From NCBI GenBank assembly GCA_964057225.1, contig OZ059897.1:3658001-3722000 (forward strand): DNA of 64,000 bases, read 5' to 3'. The notes beneath the pieces were generated by a model that searched no databases, was not told the origin of the DNA, and saw only the letters and a list, made by a program, of their open reading frames with translations. Origin of the DNA: Auanema rhodensis. Lineage: Eukaryota > Animalia > Nematoda. Positions 38,961-51,900 of this stretch are shown here, piece after piece; position 1 is the stretch's first letter; each line of letters begins with the position of its first letter. The position numbers and the translations under genes are program-made.

Positions 38961-41066
38961 ATGGAGCGTTTCTCAATGTAGTATAGTGCATTCGATGCGG
39001 ATTTTTAAGCTGCGTTGATCTGTGTTATCAGATTTGCGCTAGCTTAAAAATGCACCGAGTAATCAACTGATATAGGTTCACACTTATATCCTCGATTTTT
39101 ACCCTGAAGAATTAATTTTTTCGTTGAATAACATTGTCCATCGTCTTTGCCTTGAAAAAAGAAATCTAAAAACTCCTACTTTTTGTGAAATTATTTAGAA
39201 ATTTTTCGGGAAAATTTTTGTCACAATGTTTTTGGAAGCAATGTTGAGTGTACATGGGAACTCAGCATACACTAATGCATTATTTTTCAAACGATCATAA
39301 CTAATTTTTGTATAGAGCGTTTCTCAATGTAGTATAGTGCATTCGATGCGGATTTTTAAGCTGCGTTGATCTGTGTTATCCGATTTGAGCTAGCTTGAAA
39401 ATGTACCGAGATATCAACTGATATATGTTCACACTTATATCCTCGATTTTCACCCTGAAGAATTTATTTTTTCGTTGAATAACATTGTCCATCGTCTTCG
39501 CCTTGAAAAAAGAAATCTAAAAACATCTACTTTTTGTGAAATTATTTAGAAATTTTTCGGGAAAATTTTTGTCAAAATGTTTTTGGAAGCAATGTTGAGT
39601 GTACATGGGAACTCAACATACACTAATGCATTATTTTTTAAACGATCATAACTAATTTTTTTATGGAGCGTTTCTCAATGTAGTATAGTGCATTCGATGC
39701 GGATTTTTAAGCTGCGTTGATCTGTGTTATCAGATTTGAGTTAACTTAAAAATGCACCGAGATATCAACTGATATAGGTTCACACTTATATCCTCGATTT
39801 TCACCCTGAAGAAATGATTTTTTCGTTGAAAAACATTGTCCATCGTCTTCGTCATGAAAAAAGGAATCTAAAAACATCTACTTTTTGTGAAATTATTTAG
39901 AAATTTTTCGGGAAAATTTTTGTCAAAATGTTTTTGGAAGCAATGTTGAGTGTACATGGGAACTCAACATACACTAATGCATTATTTTTCAAACGATCAT
40001 AACTAATTTTTGTATAGAGCGTTTCTCAATGTAGTATAGTGCATTCGATGCGGATTTTTAAGCTGCGTTGATCTGTGTTATCAGATTTGCGCTAGCTTAA
40101 AAATGCACCGAGTAATCAACTGATATAGGTTCACACTTATATCCTCGATTTTTACCCTGAAGAATTAATTTTTTCGTTGAATAACATTGTCCATCGTCTT
40201 TGCCTTGAAAAAAGAAATCTAAAAACTCCTACTTTTTGTGAAATTATTTAGAAATTTTTCGGGAAAATTTTTGTCACAATGTTTTTGGAAGCAATGTTGA
40301 GTGTACATGGGAACTCAGCATACACTAATGCATTATTTTTCAAACGATCATAACTAATTTTTGTATAGAGCGTTTCTCAATGTAGTATAGTGCATTCGAT
40401 GCGGATTTTTAAGCTGCGTTGATCTGTGTTATCCGATTTGAGCTAGCTTGAAAATGTACCGAGATATCAACTGATATATGTTCACACTTATATCCTCGAT
40501 TTTCACCCTGAAGAATTTATTTTTTCGTTGAATAACATTGTCCATCGTCTTCGCCTTGAAAAAAGAAATCTAAAAACATCTACTTTTTGTGAAATTATTT
40601 AGAAATTTTTCGGGAAAATTTTTGTCAAAATGTTTTTGGAAGCAATGTTGAGTGTACATGGGAACTCAACATACACTAATGCATTATTTTTTAAACGATC
40701 ATAACTAATTTTTTTATGGAGCGTTTCTCAATGTAGTATAGTGCATTCGATGCGGATTTTTAAGCTGCGTTGATCTGTGTTATCAGATTTGAGTTAACTT
40801 AAAAATGCACCGAGATATCAACTGATATAGGTTCACACTTATATCCTCGATTTTCACCCTGAAGAAATGATTTTTTCGTTGAAAAACATTGTCCATCGTC
40901 TTCGTCATGAAAAAAGGAATCTAAAAACATCTACTTTTTGTGAAATTATTTAGAAATTTTTCGGGAAAATTTTTGTCAAAATGTTTTTGGAAGCAATGTT
41001 GAGTGTACATGGGAACTCAACATACACTAATGCATTATTTTTTAAACGATCATAACTATTTTTTTT
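38961..41066 (+). repeat. 3-monomer duplication (1053 bp)
   Basis: Private variant cgtcatgaa at ~39854 and ~40907; the flanking monomer types repeat in the same order. Confidence 0.85.
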
Positions 41067-43875
41067 ATGGAGCGTTTCTCAATGTAGTATAGTGCATTCG
41101 ATGCGGATTTTTAAGCTGCGTTGATCTGTGTTATCAGATTTGCGCTAGCTTAAAAATGCACCGAGTAATCAACTGATATAGGTTCACACTTATATCCTCG
41201 ATTTTTACCCTGAAGAATTAATTTTTTCGTTGAATTACATTGTCCATCGTCTTTGCCTTGAAAAAAGAAATCTAAAAACTCCTACTTTTTGTGAAATTAT
41301 TTAGAAATTTTTCGGGAAAATTTTTGTCAAAATGTTTTTGGAAGCAATGTTGAGTGTAAATGGGAACTCAACATACACTAATGCATTATTTTTCAAACGA
41401 TCATAACTAATTTTTTTATGGAGCGTTTCTCAATGTAGTATAGTGCATTCGATGCGGATTTTTAAGCTGCGTTGATCTGTGTTATCAGATTTGCGCTAGC
41501 TTAAAAATGCACCGAGTAATCAACTGATATAGGTTCACACTTATATCCTCGATTTTTACCCTGAAGAATTAATTTTTTCGTTGAATAACATTGTCCATCG
41601 TCTTTGCCTTGAAAAAAGAAATCTAAAAACTCCTACTTTTTGTGAAATTATTTAGAAATTTTTCGGGAAAATTTTTGTCACAATGTTTTTGGAAGCAATG
41701 TTGAGTGTACATGGGAACTCAGCATACACTAATGCATTATTTTTCAAACGATCATAACTAATTTTTGTATAGAGCGTTTCTCAATGTAGTATAGTGCATT
41801 CGATGCGGATTTTTAAGCTGCGTTGATCTGTGTTATCCGATTTGAGCTAGCTTGAAAATGTACCGAGATATCAACTGATATATGTTCACACATATATCCT
41901 CGATTTTCACCCTGAAGAATTTATTTTTTCGTTGAATAACATTGTCCATCGTCTTCGCCTTGAAAAAAGGAATCTAAAAACATCTACTTTTTGTGAAATT
42001 ATTTAGAAATTTTTCGGGAAAATTTTTGTCAAAATGTTTTTGGAAGCAATGTTGAGTGTACATGGGAACTCAACATACACTAATGCATTATTTTTCAAAC
42101 GATCATAACTAATTTTTTTATGGAGCGTTTCTCAATGTAGTATAGTGCATTCGATGCGGATTTTTAAGCTGCGTTGATCTGTGTTATCAGATTTGCGCTA
42201 GCTTAAAAATGCACCGAGTAATCAACTGATATAGGTTCACACTTATATCCTCGAATTTCACCCTGAAGAATTAATTTTTTCGTTGAATAACATTGTCCAT
42301 CGTCTTCGTCTTGAAAAAAGGAATCTAAAAACATCTACTTTTTGTGAAATTATTCAGAAATTTTTCGGGAAAATGTTTGTCAAAATGTTTTTGGAAGCAA
42401 TGTTGAGTGTACATGGGAACTCAACATACACTAATGCATTATTTTTCAAACGATCATAACTAATTTTTGTATAGAGCGTTTTGTAATGTAGTATAGTGCA
42501 TTCGATGCGGATTTTTAAGCTGCGTCGATCTGTGTTATCAGATTTGAGTTAGCTTAAAAATGCACCGAGATATCAACTGATATATGTTCACACTTATATC
42601 CTCGATTTTCACCCTGAAGAAATGATTTTTTCGTTGAAAAAACATTGTCCATCGTCTTTGCCTTGAAAAAAGGAATCTAAAAACATCTACTTTTTGTGAA
42701 ATTATCTAGAAATTTTTCGGGAAAATTTTTGTCAAAATGTTTTTGGAAGCAATGTTGAGTGTACATGGGAACTCAACATACACTAATGCATTATTTTTCA
42801 AACGATCATAACTTATTTTTGTATAGAGCGTTTCTCAATGTAGTGTAGTGCATTCGATGCGGATTTTTAAGCTGCGTCGATCTGTGTTATCCGATTTGAG
42901 CTAGCTTGAAAATGTACCGAGATATCAACTGATATATGTTCACACTTATATCCTCGATTTTCACCCTGAAGAATTTATTTTTTCGTTGAATAACATTGTC
43001 CATCGTCTTCGCCTTGAAAAAAGGAATCTAAAAACATCTACTTTTTGTGAAATTATTTAGAAATTTTTCGGGAAAATTTTTGTCAAAATGTTTTTGGAAG
43101 CAATGTTGAGTGTACATGGGAACTCAACATACACTAATGCATTATTTTTCAAACGATCATAACTAATTTTTTTATGGAGCGTTTCTCAATGTAGTATAGT
43201 GCATTCGATGCGGATTTTTAAGCTGCGTTGATCTGTGTTATCAGATTTGCGCTAGCTTAAAAATGCACCGAGTAATCAACTGATATAGGTTCACACTTAT
43301 ATCCTCGATTTTTACACTGAAGAATTAATTTTTTCGTTGAATAACATTGTCCATCGTCTTTGCCTTGAAAAAAAAAATCTAAAAACTCCTACTTTTTGTG
43401 AAATTATTTAGAAATTTTTCGGGAAAATTTTTGTCACAATGTTTTTGGAAGCAATGTTGAGTGTACATGGGAACTCAGCATACACTAATGCATTATTTTT
43501 CAAACGATCATAACTAATTTTTGTATAGAGCGTTTCTCAATGTAGTATAGTGCATTCGATGCGGATTTTTAAGCTGCGTTGATCTGTGTTATCAGATTTG
43601 CGCTAGCTTAAAAATGCACCGAGATATCAACTGATATATGTTCACACTTATATCCTCGATTTTCACCCTGAAGAAATGATTTTTTCGTTGAATAACATTG
43701 TCCTTCGTCTTCGTCTTGAAAAAAGGAATCTAAAAACATCTACTTTTTGTGAAATTATTTAGAAATTTTTCGGGAAAATTTTTGTCAAAATGTTTTTGGA
43801 AGCAATGTTGAGTGTACATGGGAACTCAACATACACTAATGCATTATTTTTCAAACGATCATAACTAATTTTTGT

Positions 43876-45981
43876 ATAGAGCGTTTCTCATTGTAGTATA
43901 GTGCATTCGATGCGGATTTTTAAGCTGCGTTGATCTGTGTTATCAGATTTGCGCTAGCTTAAAAATGCACCGAGTAATCAACTGATATAGGTTCACACTT
44001 ATATCCTCGATTTTCACCCTGAAGAAATGATTTTTTCGTTGAATAACATTGTCCTTCGTCTTCGTCTTGAAAAAAGGAATCTAAAAACATCTACTTTTTG
44101 TGAAATTATCTAGAAATTTTTCGGGAAAATTTTTGTCAAAATGTTTTTGGAAGCAATGTTGAGTGTACATGGGAACTCAACATACACTAATGCATTATTT
44201 TTCAAACGATCATAACTAATTTTTGTATAGAGCGTTTCTCATTGTAGTATAGTGCATTCGATGCGGATTTTTAAGCTGCGTTGATCTGTGTTATCAGATT
44301 TGCGCTAGCTTAAAAATGCACCGAGTAATCAACTGATATAGGTTCACACTTATATCCTCGATTTTCACCCTGAAGAATTAATTTTTTCGTTGAATAACAT
44401 TGTCCATCGTCTTTGCCTTGAAAAAAGAAATCCAAAAACTCCTACTTTTTGTGAAATTATTTAGAAATTTTTCGGGAAAATTTTTGTCACAATGTTTTTG
44501 GAAGCAATGTTGAGTGTACATGGGAACTCAGCATACACTAATGCATTATTTTTCAAACGATCATAACTAATTTTTGTATAGAGCGTTTCTCAATGTAATA
44601 TAGTGCATTCGATGCAAATTTTTAAGCTGCGTTGATCTGTGTTATCAGATTTGCGCTAGCTTAAAAATGCACCGAGATATCAACTGATATATGTTCACAC
44701 TTATATCCTCGATTTTCACCCTGAAGAAATGATTTTTTCGTTGAATAACATTGTCCTTCGTCTTCGTCTTGAAAAAAGGAATCTAAAAACATCTACTTTT
44801 TGTGAAATTATTTAGAAATTTTTCGGGAAAATTTTTGTCAAAATGTTTTTGGAAGCAATGTTGAGTGTACATGGGAACTCAACATACACTAATGCATTAT
44901 TTTTCAAACGATCATAACTAATTTTTGTATAGAGCGTTTCTCATTGTAGTATAGTGCATTCGATGCGGATTTTTAAGCTGCGTTGATCTGTGTTATCAGA
45001 TTTGCGCTAGCTTAAAAATGCACCGAGTAATCAACTGATATAGGTTCACACTTATATCCTCGAATTTCACCCTGAAGAATTAATTTTTTCGTTGAATAAC
45101 ATTGTCCATCGTCTTTGCCTTGAAAAAAGAAATCCAAAAACTCCTACTTTTTGTGAAATTATTTAGAAATTTTTCGGGAAAATTTTTGTCACAATGTTTT
45201 TGGAAGCAATGTTGAGTGTACATGGGAACTCAGCATACACTAATGCATTATTTTTCAAACGATCATAACTAATTTTTGTATAGAGCGTTTCTCAATGTAG
45301 TATAGTGCATTCGATGCGGATTTTTAAGCTGCGTTGATCTGTGTTATCAGATTTGCGCTAGCTTAAAAATGCACCGAGATATCAACTGATATATGTTCAC
45401 ACTTATATCCTCGATTTTCACCCTGAAGAAATGATTTTTTCGTTGAATAACATTGTCCTTCGTCTTCGTCTTGAAAAAAGGAATCTAAAAACATCTACTT
45501 TTTGTGAAATTATTTAGAAATTTTTCGGGAAAATTTTTGTCAAAATGTTTTTGGAAGCAATGTTGAGTGTACATGGGAACTCAACATACACTAATGCATT
45601 ATTTTTCAAACGATCATAACTAATTTTTGTATAGAGCGTTTCTCATTGTAGTATAGTGCATTCGATGCGGATTTTTAAGCTGCGTTGATCTGTGTTATCA
45701 GATTTGCGCTAGCTTAAAAATGCACCGAGTAATCAACTGATATAGGTTCACACTTATATCCTCGAATTTCACCCTGAAGAATTAATTTTTTCGTTGAATA
45801 ACATTGTCCATCGTCTTTGCCTTGAAAAAAGAAATCCAAAAACTCCTACTTTTTGTGAAATTATTTAGAAATTTTTCGGGAAAATTTTTGTCACAATGTT
45901 TTTGGAAGCAATGTTGAGTGTACATGGGAACTCAGCATACACTAATGCATTATTTTTCAAACGATCATAACTAATTTTTGT
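43876..45981 (+). repeat. Alternating dimer run (702-bp period, ~3 copies)
   Basis: 'gtccttcg' monomers (43876, 44578, 45280) alternate with 'gaaatcc/actcct/gtcac/ctcagc' monomers (44227, 44929, 45631). Confidence 0.85.
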
Positions 45982-48900
45982 ATAGAGCGTTTCTCAATGT
46001 AGTATAGTGCATTCGATGCGGATTTTTAAGCTGCGTTGATCTGTGTTATCAGATTTGAGTTAGCTTAAAAATGCACCGAGATATCAACTGATATATGTTC
46101 ACACTTATATCCTCGATTTTCACCCTGAAGAAATGATTTTTTCGTTGAATAACATTGTCCATCGTCTTCGCCTTGAAAGAAGGAATCTAAAAACATCTAC
46201 TTTTTGTGAAATTATTCAGAAATTTTTCGGGAAAATTTTTGTCAAAATGTTTTTGGAAGCAATGTTGAGTGTACATGGGAACTCAACATACACTAATGCA
46301 TTATTTTTCAAACGATCATAACTAATTTTTGTATAGAGCGTTTCTCAATGTAATATAGTGCATTCGATGCGGATTTTTAAGCTGCGTCGATCTGTGTTAT
46401 CAGATTTGAGTTTACTTAAAAATGCACCGAGATATCAACTGATATAGGTTCACACATATATCCTCGATTTTCACCCTGAAGAAATGATTTTTTCGTTGAA
46501 AAACATTGTCCATCGTCTTCGTCTTGAAAAAAGGAATCTAAAAACATCTACTTTTTGTGAAATTATTCAGAAATTTTTCGGGAAAATTTTTGTCAAAATG
46601 TTTTTGGAAGCAATGTTGAGTGTACATGGGAACTCAACATACACTAATGCATTATTTTTCAAACGATCATAACTAATTTTTGTATAGAGCGTTTCTCAAT
46701 GTAATATAGTGCATTCGATGCGGATTTTTAAGCTGCGTCGATCTGTGTTATCAGATTTGAGTTTACTTAAAAATGCACCGAGATATCAACTGATATAGGT
46801 TCACACATATATCCTCGATTTTCACCCTGAAGAAATGATTTTTTCGTTGAAAAACATTGTCCATCGTCTTCGTCTTGAAAAAAGGAATCTAAAAACATCT
46901 ACTTTTTGTGAAATTATTCAGAAATTTTTCGGGAAAATTTTTGTCACAATGTTTTTGGAAGCAATGTTGAGTGTACATGGGAACTCAGCATACACTAATG
47001 CATTATTTTTCAAACGATAATAACTAATTTTTGTATGGAGCGTTTCTCAATGTAGTATAGTGCATTCGATGCGGATTTTTAAGCTGCGTCGATCTGTGTT
47101 ATCCGATTTGAGCTAGCTTGAAAATGTACCGAGATATCAACTGATATATGTTCACACTTATATCCTCGATTTTCACCCTGAAGAATTTATTTTTTCGTTG
47201 AATAACATTGTCCATTGTCTTCGCCTTGAAAGAAGGAATCTAAAAACATCTACTTTTTGTGAAATTATTAAGAAATTTTTCGGGAAAATTTTTGTCAAAA
47301 TGTTTTTGGAAGCAATGTTGAGTGTACATGGGAACTCAACATACACTAATGCATTATTTTTCAAACGATCATAACTAATTTTTGTATAGAGCGTTTCTCA
47401 ATGTAATATAGTGCATTCGATGCGGATTTTTAAGCTGCGTCGATCTGTGTTATCAGATTTGAGTTTACTTAAAAATGCACCGAGATATCAACTGATATAG
47501 GTTCACACATATATCCTCGATTTTCACCCTGAAGAAATGATTTTTTCGTTGAAAAACATTGTCCATCGTCTTCGTCTTGAAAAAAGGAATCTAAAAACAT
47601 CTACTTTTTGTGAAATTATTCAGAAATTTTTCGGGAAAATTTTTGTCAAAATGTTTTTGGAAGCAATGTTGAGTGTACATGGGAACTCAACATACACTAA
47701 TGCATTATTTTTCAAACGATCATAACTAATTTTTGTATAGAGCGTTTCTCAATGTAATATAGTGCATTCGATGCGGATTTTTAAGCTGCGTCGATCTGTG
47801 TTATCAGATTTGAGTTTACTTAAAAATGCACCGAGATATCAACTGATATAGGTTCACACATATATCCTCGATTTTCACCCTGAAGAAATGATTTTTTCGT
47901 TGAAAAACATTGTCCATCGTCTTCGTCTTGAAAAAAGGAATCTAAAAACATCTACTTTTTGTGAAATTATTCAGAAATTTTTCGGGAAAATTTTTGTCAA
48001 AATGTTTTTGGAAGCAATGTTGAGTGTACATGGGAACTCAGCATACACTAATGCATTATTTTTCAAACGATAATAACTAATTTTTGTATGGAGCGTTTCT
48101 CAATGTAGTATAGTGCATTCGATGCGGATTTTTAAGCTGCGTTGATCTGTGTTATCAGATTTGCGCTAGCTTAAAAATGCACCGAGTAATCAACTGATAT
48201 AGGTTCACACTTATATCCTCGATTTTCACCCTGAAGAATTAATTTTTTCGTTGAATAACATTGTCCATCGTCTTTGCCTTGAAAAAAGAAATCTAAAAAC
48301 TCCTACTTTTTGTAAAATTATTTAGAAATTTTTCGGGAAAATTTTTGTCACAATGTTTTTGGAAGCAATGTTGAGTGTACATGGGAACTCAACATACACT
48401 AATGCATTATTTTTCAAACGATCATAACTAATTTTTGTATAGAGCGTTTCTTAATGTAGTATAGTGCATTCGATGCGGATTTTTAAGCTGCGTTGATCTG
48501 TGTTATCAGATTTGAGTTAGCTTAAAAATGCACCGAGATATCAACTGATATATGTTCACACTTATATCCTCGATTTTCACCCTGAAGAAATGATTTTTTC
48601 GTTGAATGACATTGTCCATCGTCTTCGTCTTGAAAAAAGGAATCTAAAAACATCTACTTTTTGTGAAATTATCTAGAAATTTTTCGGGAAAATTTTTGTC
48701 AAAATGTTTTTGGAAGCAATGTTGAGTGTACATGGGAACTCAACATACACTAATGCATTATTTTTCAAACGATCATAACTAATTTTTGTATAGAGCGTTT
48801 CTCAATGTAGTATAGTGCATTCGATGCGGATTTTTAAGCTGCGTTGATCTGTGTTATCAGATTTGAGTTAACTTAAAAATGCACCGAGATATCAACTGAT

Positions 48901-51900
48901 ATATGTTCACACTTATATCCTCGATTTTCACCCTGAAGAAATGATTTTTTCGTTGGAAAACATTGTCCATCGTATTCGTTTTGAAAAAAGAAATCTAAAA
49001 ACATCTACTTTTTGTGAAATTATTTAGAAATTTTTCGGGAAAATTTTTGTCAAAATGTTTTTGGAAGCAATGTTGAGTGTGCATGGGAACTCAACATACG
49101 CTAATGCATTATTTTTCAGACGATCATAACTAATTTTTGTATAGAGCGTTTCTCATTGTAGTATAGTGCATTCGATGCGGATTTTCAAGCTGCGTTGATC
49201 TGTGTTATCAGATTTGAGTTAACTAAAAAATGCACCGAGATATCAACTGATATAGGTTCACACTTGTATCCTCGATTTTCACCCTGAAGAAATGATTTTT
49301 TCGTTGAAAAACATTGTCCATCGTATTCGTCTTGAAAAAAGGAATCTAAAAACATCTACTTTTTGTGAAATTATTTAGAAATTTTTCGGGAAAATTTTTG
49401 TCAAAATGTTTTTGGAAGCAATGTTGAGTGTACATGGGAACTCAACATACACTAATGCATTATTTTTCAAACGATCATAACTAATTTTTGTATAGAGCGT
49501 TTCTCATTGTAGTATAGTGCATTCGATGCGGATTTTTAAGCTGCGTTGATCTGTGTTATCAGATTTGAGTTAACTTAAAAATGCACCGAGATATCAACTG
49601 ATATAGGTTCACACATATATCCTCGATTTTCACCCTGAAGAAATGATTTTTTCGTTGAAAAACATTGTCCATCGTCTTCGTTTTGAAAAAAGGAATCTAA
49701 AAACATCTACTTTTCGTGAAATTATTCAGAAATTTTTCGGGAAAATTTTTGTCAAAATGTTTTTGGAAGCAATGTTCAGTGTACATGGGAACTCAACATA
49801 CACTAATGCATTATTTTTCAAACGATCATAACTAATTTTTGTATAGAGCGTTTCTCAATGTAGTATAGTGCATTCGATGCGGATTTTTAAGCTGCGTTGA
49901 TCTGTGTTATCGGATTTGAGTTAGCTTAAAAGTGCACCGAGATATCAACTGATATATGTTCACACTTATATCCTCGATTTTCACCCTGAAGAATTAATTT
50001 TTTCGTTGAATAACATTGTCATTTGTCTTCGTCTTGAAAAAAGGAATCTAAAAACATCTACTTTTTGTGAAATTATTTAGAAATTTTTCGGGAAAATTTT
50101 TGTCAAAATGTTTTTGGAAGCAATGTTGAGTGTACATGGGAACTCAACATACACTAATGCATTATTTTTCAAACGATCATAACTAATTTTTGTATAGAGC
50201 GTTTCTCTTTGTAGTATAGTGCATTCGATGCGGATTTTTAAGCTGCGTTGATCTGTGTTATCAGATTTGAGTTAACTTAAAAATGCACCGAGATATCAAC
50301 TGATATAGGTTCACACATATATCCTCGATTTTCACCCTGAAGAAATGATTTTTTCGTTGAAAAACATTGTCCATCGTCTTTGTCTTGAAAAAAGGAATCT
50401 AAAAACATCTACTTTTTGTGAAATTATTCAGAAATTTTTCGGGAAAATTTTTGTCAAAATGTTTTTGGAAGCAATGTTGAGTGTACATGGGAACTCAACA
50501 TACACTAATGCATTATTTTTCAAACGATCATAACTAATTTTTGTATAGAGCGTTTCTCAATGTAATATAGTGCATTCGATGCGGATTTTTAAGCTGCGTC
50601 GATCTGCGTTATCAGATTTGAGTTTACTTAAAAATGCACCGAGATATCAACTGATATAGGTTCACACATATATCCTCGATTTTCACCCTGAAGAAATGAT
50701 TTTTTCGTTGAAAAACATTGTCCATAGTCTTCGTCTTGAAAAAAGGAATCTAAAAACATCTACTTTTTGTGAAATTATTCAGAAATTTTTCGGGAAAATT
50801 TTTGTCAAAATGTTTTTGGAAGCAATGTTGAGTGTACATGGGAACTCAACATACACTAATGCATTATTTTTCAAACGATCATAACTAATTTTTGTATAGA
50901 GCGTTTCTCAATGTAATATAGTGCATTCGATGCGGATTTTTAAGCTGCGTCGATCTGTGTTATCAGATTTGAGTTTACTTAAAAATGCACCGAGATATCA
51001 ACTGATATAGGTTCACACATATATCCTCGATTTTCACCCTGAAGAAATGATTTTTTCGTTGAAAAACATTGTCCATCGTCTTCGTCTTGAAAAAAGGAAT
51101 CTAAAAACATCTACTTTTTGTGAAATTATTCAGAAATTTTTCGGGAAAATTTTTGTCAAAATGTTTTTGGAAGCAATGTTGAGTGTACATGGGAACTCAA
51201 CATACACTAATGCATTATTTTTCAAACGATCATAACTAATTTTTGTATAGAGCGTTTCTCAATGTAGTATAGTGCATTCGATGCGGATTTTTAAGCTGCG
51301 TCGATCTGTGTTATCCGATTTGAGCTAGCTTGAAAATGTACCGAGATATCAACTGATATATGTTCACACATATATCCTCGATTTTCACCCTGAAGAAATG
51401 ATTTTTTCGTTGAATGACATTGTCCATCGTCTTCGTCTTGAAAAAAGGAATCTAAAAACATCTACTTTTTGTGAAATTATTTAGAAATTTTTCGGGAAAA
51501 TTTTTGTCAAAATGTTTTTGGAAGCAATGTTGAGTGTACATGGGAACTCAGCATACACTAATGCATTATTTTTCAAACGATCATAACTAATTTTTGTATG
51601 GAGCGTTTCTCAATGTAGTATAGTGCATTCGATGCGGATTTTTAAGCTGCGTTGATCTGTGTTATCAGATTTGCGCTAGCTTAAAAATGCACCGAGTAAT
51701 CAACTGATATAGGTTCACACTTATATCCTCGATTTTCACCCTGAAGAATTAATTTTTTCGTTGAATAACATTGTCCATCGTCTTTGCCTTGAAAAAAGAA
51801 ATCTAAAAACTCCTACTTTTTGTAAAATTATTTAGAAATTTTTCGGGAAAATTTTTGTCACAATGTTTTTGGAAGCAATGTTGAGTGTACATGGGAACTC

